Shown piece by piece: positions 17,492-20,000 of a DNA stretch of 20,000 nucleotides. Each line of letters opens with the position of its first letter. Positions within the stretch are counted from its first letter, which is position 1. Under the pieces are notes generated by a model. That model saw only the letters and a program-made list of their open reading frames with translations, was not told the DNA's origin and ran no database searches. Where the stretch lies: the IMG/VR virus record IMGVR_UViG_3300047576_000059; one strand, 5' to 3'. Both the position numbers and the translations under genes were made by a program. This DNA is from an uncultured virus (IMG/VR IMGVR_UViG_3300047576_000059) (lineage: Duplodnaviria > Heunggongvirae > Uroviricota > Caudoviricetes).

Positions 17492-17824
17492 ATGAAACCT
17501 GTTATCAAAATACCAGCCGATGTCAGGAATGACTCTGGGCTGTCGCCGCCGGAAATCGAAGAAATGTTCAATAGCCATGATATGATCGAATTGTCATATG
17601 GCGACATCGTGATGATGACGCATAAGAGCGCACTCGCAGACGCTTTAGAATCCGTCAGCAAATACGATGCGGGCCAACTCGCACGCATCAAAGAGTCGGT
17701 GGACATCGCGCTGCGCGCAAATTTAACGAAATTGGCCAACCCTGACACCCTTGTGAAATCGGACGCGGACGACTTCTTCGGTGACTTGCTGTTGTGGGAG
17801 GCGTTGAAAGGGATGTCGTCCTGA
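17492..17824 (+). CDS. hypothetical protein
   Basis: AAGGA RBS before ATG17492. Confidence 0.65.
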   Translation: MKPVIKIPADVRNDSGLSPPEIEEMFNSHDMIELSYGDIVMMTHKSALADALESVSKYDAGQLARIKESVDIALRANLTKLANPDTLVKSDADDFFGDLLLWEALKGMSS

Positions 17825-17832
17825 GGTGGAAC

Positions 17833-19111
17833 TCACAAATCCCTGCCTCGTTTATCGACCCATCCTATGGTGGTGAAACCGATCAGATCGGATGAGTTGA
17901 CGGTTCTGAAACGCGCCTGCGCGGAGGTGTTCGTGAACACGCGAAGCACATCGGAAGAATTGATCGCTGGTGATCCAATGAGACTGAACGCGCTGACGCT
18001 GGGAACGGAATCGCCCACGGCGATAGGCGAGACATACAGGATTGGCACCTCACTACTGGAGTTTTGCAGCAGCACACTGAGAATGGCCTCGGTAACGACA
18101 TTGACCGGCGTGCTCGTCGAGAAAATTTGCGCGCTGGTCGATCCGGATGTCGTTCCAGGTGTTACGTCAACGATTGGAACATTCCAGATGAAGGTGTCAC
18201 CACTTTGATAGAACGCGAGGATTGATCCCGAACCACCCGTGGCGAATGAGCCGATGCGTCGAAACGCCGTGGTGCCAGAGGGTTTGTTGGCCGCTGTCAC
18301 CGATGTATCGAAGAAGATGTCCGCTGAACTGCTGATGATCGCGGCGAACACATGATACCATGTGCTGTCGGCAATCGCCAGGCCATTGCCCATGCCATCG
18401 TTGCCTGATCCGGCCACCCATCCGCCCGCCGTGGATTTGAACATCGCCGGAATGGTCATCATCACGCTGTTGGTGCTGTCCATGCACTGGCCAGCCGCCA
18501 CGTCGATGATGCTGGTCGGCGTGCCGACATCGTTGGACAGGGTCAGACCCGCCAGATAGCTGCGCAGGATCGTCGGACCTGTCGGCCCGGTTGGTCCGGT
18601 CACCGTTGAAGCAGCGCCTGCCGGACCCGTGGGACCGGTCACGGACGCGCCAGTGGGTCCGGTCACCGTTGAGGCGGCTCCGGTCGGCCCAGTGGGGACC
18701 GGCTGGCCCGGTTGGACCCACCGTCGCGCCGCTGGCGATCTTGTTCCAGACGGTGCCGCTGTAGATCGCGATGTCGCCGACGTTCCAGGCGAAAATGCCG
18801 TTGAGGTTGGTTGTGCCCTCGACCGAGGTCACATAGTAATTGCCCTTCGTTCCGGTACTGGACGCGAGGGTTGGTGTGTTGGTGCTGGCGTTCCATGGTC
18901 CTTGATAAACGATGCCGCCGAGCAACGAGGTCGGCACCAATGGAGTCCAGGTGCCGTTTGTGTAGATATCAAGACTTTCGTTGATGCTGTTGAACCTGAT
19001 GGCACCTTGCGATGGGGAAGGCGACAGGTAGGTTGATACCGGCAGGGACAAGGAACCCCCGAGCAGAACCAGTTCCCCTCCAGAATTTCTCGTGTCGATT
19101 ACTTTTGTCAT
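17833..19111 (-). CDS. collagen-like tail fibre protein interrupted by a +1 frameshift at ~18694-18697
   Basis: N-terminal ORF (GAIRFN...YQGPWNASTNTP..) enters GPT repeats; the repeat continues in another frame into the 17833-18666 ORF (WYHVF...FRRIGSF). Removing one C restores a 425-aa ORF. Confidence 0.75.
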
Positions 19112-19116
19112 GCCAT

Positions 19117-19122
19117 TATTTA
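19117..19122 (-). promoter_or_regulatory. late promoter TAAATA, 5 nt before ATG
   Basis: TAAATA-atggc-ATG. Confidence 0.65.
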
Positions 19123-19389
19123 TTAGAACCCGACAGGAGCCCCACCCATGCCACCGCCGCCCATCGGATCGGGTTCATCGGGAATTCCGTACATGATGCC
19201 GAGCAAGTCCTGCCGCTTGAGATTTTCCAGTTTGCGTAAGGCTCTTATGCGTTTTAGGCGATTTAGGTGGCGCAAACTGAGAACTGGACGACGCGTCTGA
19301 TTCATCGTGACAACGTTAGCCTCGTCGGTTGACGGGTCATAGTAGGCGGTCTGATAATCTTCTTGGTCTAACATTTCAAGCAGCTTCAT
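19123..19389 (-). CDS. conserved hypothetical late phage protein
   Basis: AGGAG RBS; TAAATA at 19407-19412; TRRPVLSLRHLNRLKRIR basic helix. Confidence 0.75.
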   Translation of the reverse strand: MKLLEMLDQEDYQTAYYDPSTDEANVVTMNQTRRPVLSLRHLNRLKRIRALRKLENLKRQDLLGIMYGIPDEPDPMGGGGMGGAPVGF

Positions 19390-19406
19390 CGGTTTCTCCT
19401 AGACCA

Positions 19407-19412
19407 TATTTA
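19407..19412 (-). promoter_or_regulatory. late promoter TAAATA
   Basis: TAAATA-tggtct-AGGAG-aaaccg-ATG. Confidence 0.65.
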
Positions 19413-19483
19413 GCAATGGATGATCAAGGAGGATCGACAATTGGTTGGTGTCGGTGACGGCCTGTTGGTAGCTCTTGAGGAAT

Positions 19484-19891
19484 TTACTGTCCACGTTTGA
19501 TCGACAAGATGTAGCGATCAGCCTTGGTGATCGATCCCACGACAAACTCTTCCGCTTCCGCGTATTTGCCCTTCTTTTTTTGACTCTCCGGTCCCATCGA
19601 GATTTCGTTGCTATGACCCCAGTAGTCAATCGGCATGATTTTGTAGTTATGCCGGAGCTTCGTCTGATCCAACACGAAGACCACCGGCCCGAACGTCCTG
19701 GCGAAGCGCGGATCACGAGACATGGAAACACCACGTAATGCTTCATCCGCGTTCAAGACAAAAGCTGATCCACTACTTTGGGTCGTTCTGGCATCGAATG
19801 TGTTGGTCGCGAGAATTCGTGTCGCGTTGTAAAACGCCGTGCCATGATACAGTGGGGCGTCGCGTGCTTCAAAAAGTTCGTACATCAACAT
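19484..19891 (-). CDS. putative ADP-ribosyltransferase-fold protein with MLMYELFEA N-terminus
   Basis: LYHGT...GVSMSRD..FA..F...VFVLD...EAEEFV matches the ART-superfamily strand pattern (by eye). Confidence 0.6.
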   Translation of the reverse strand: MLMYELFEARDAPLYHGTAFYNATRILATNTFDARTTQSSGSAFVLNADEALRGVSMSRDPRFARTFGPVVFVLDQTKLRHNYKIMPIDYWGHSNEISMGPESQKKKGKYAEAEEFVVGSITKADRYILSIKRGQ

Positions 19892-19896
19892 GAAGC

Positions 19897-19902
19897 TATT
19901 TA
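19897..19902 (-). promoter_or_regulatory. late promoter TAAATA, 5 nt before ATG
   Basis: TAAATA-gcttc-ATG. Confidence 0.7.
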
Positions 19903-19912
19903 AGGATTCCGG

Positions 19913-19975
19913 TCAGCGACGCAATTTACTGGCGGCGACCCACGTCTTGCCATTCCAAACCTCTACTTGATCGAC
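19913..19975 (-). CDS. 3' end of a truncated gene (...VDQVEVWNGKTWVAASKLRR*)
   Basis: Open frame from the adapter junction to TGA just before the next promoter. Confidence 0.4.
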   Translation of the reverse strand, partial: VDQVEVWNGKTWVAASKLRR

Positions 19976-20000
19976 AGTACTCTGCGTTGATACCACTGCT
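19976..20000 (-). other. library adapter (SMART/ISPCR; PacBio ultra-low-input) contamination
   Basis: Reverse complement reads AGCAGTGGTATCAACGCAGAGTACT. Confidence 0.95.

Noticed and set aside
18197..18690. C-terminal half of the 304-aa ORF
   Set aside because: Out-of-frame Arg/His-rich reading after the frameshift; the true coding frame is that of 17833-18666
1..20000. Stop-codon reassignment, as in some jumbo phages
   Set aside because: Genes are intact and densely packed under the standard code; no systematic in-frame stops

Overview
Segment of a large T4-like (jumbo myophage-type) phage genome, mostly minus-strand. Structural/late genes: gp19-like tail tube, a second tube-fold baseplate protein, gp4-like head completion nuclease, a possible small terminase, collagen-like/beta-helix tail fibres and a Gly-rich signal-peptide protein. 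Also present are a 1253-aa PcfJ-domain protein, an HNH protein, small early-type genes behind a duplicated sigma70 promoter, and candidate head-packaged enzymes (ART-like, isochorismatase-like). Main finding: a 720-nt group I (IA2-like) intron (15960-16679, minus) splits the tail tube gene after an ~11-nt exon 1 that seems to start at AUA. The intron carries an antisense LAGLIDADG endonuclease with its own apparently leaderless promoter, and a free-standing GIY-YIG endonuclease lies next to it. Eight TAAATA late promoters are present: three give apparently leaderless mRNAs and three overlap hairpins that cover the start region. The last 25 nt are a SMART/PacBio low-input adapter, so single-base oddities may be errors. 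All calls are from motif recognition by eye; no searches were run.
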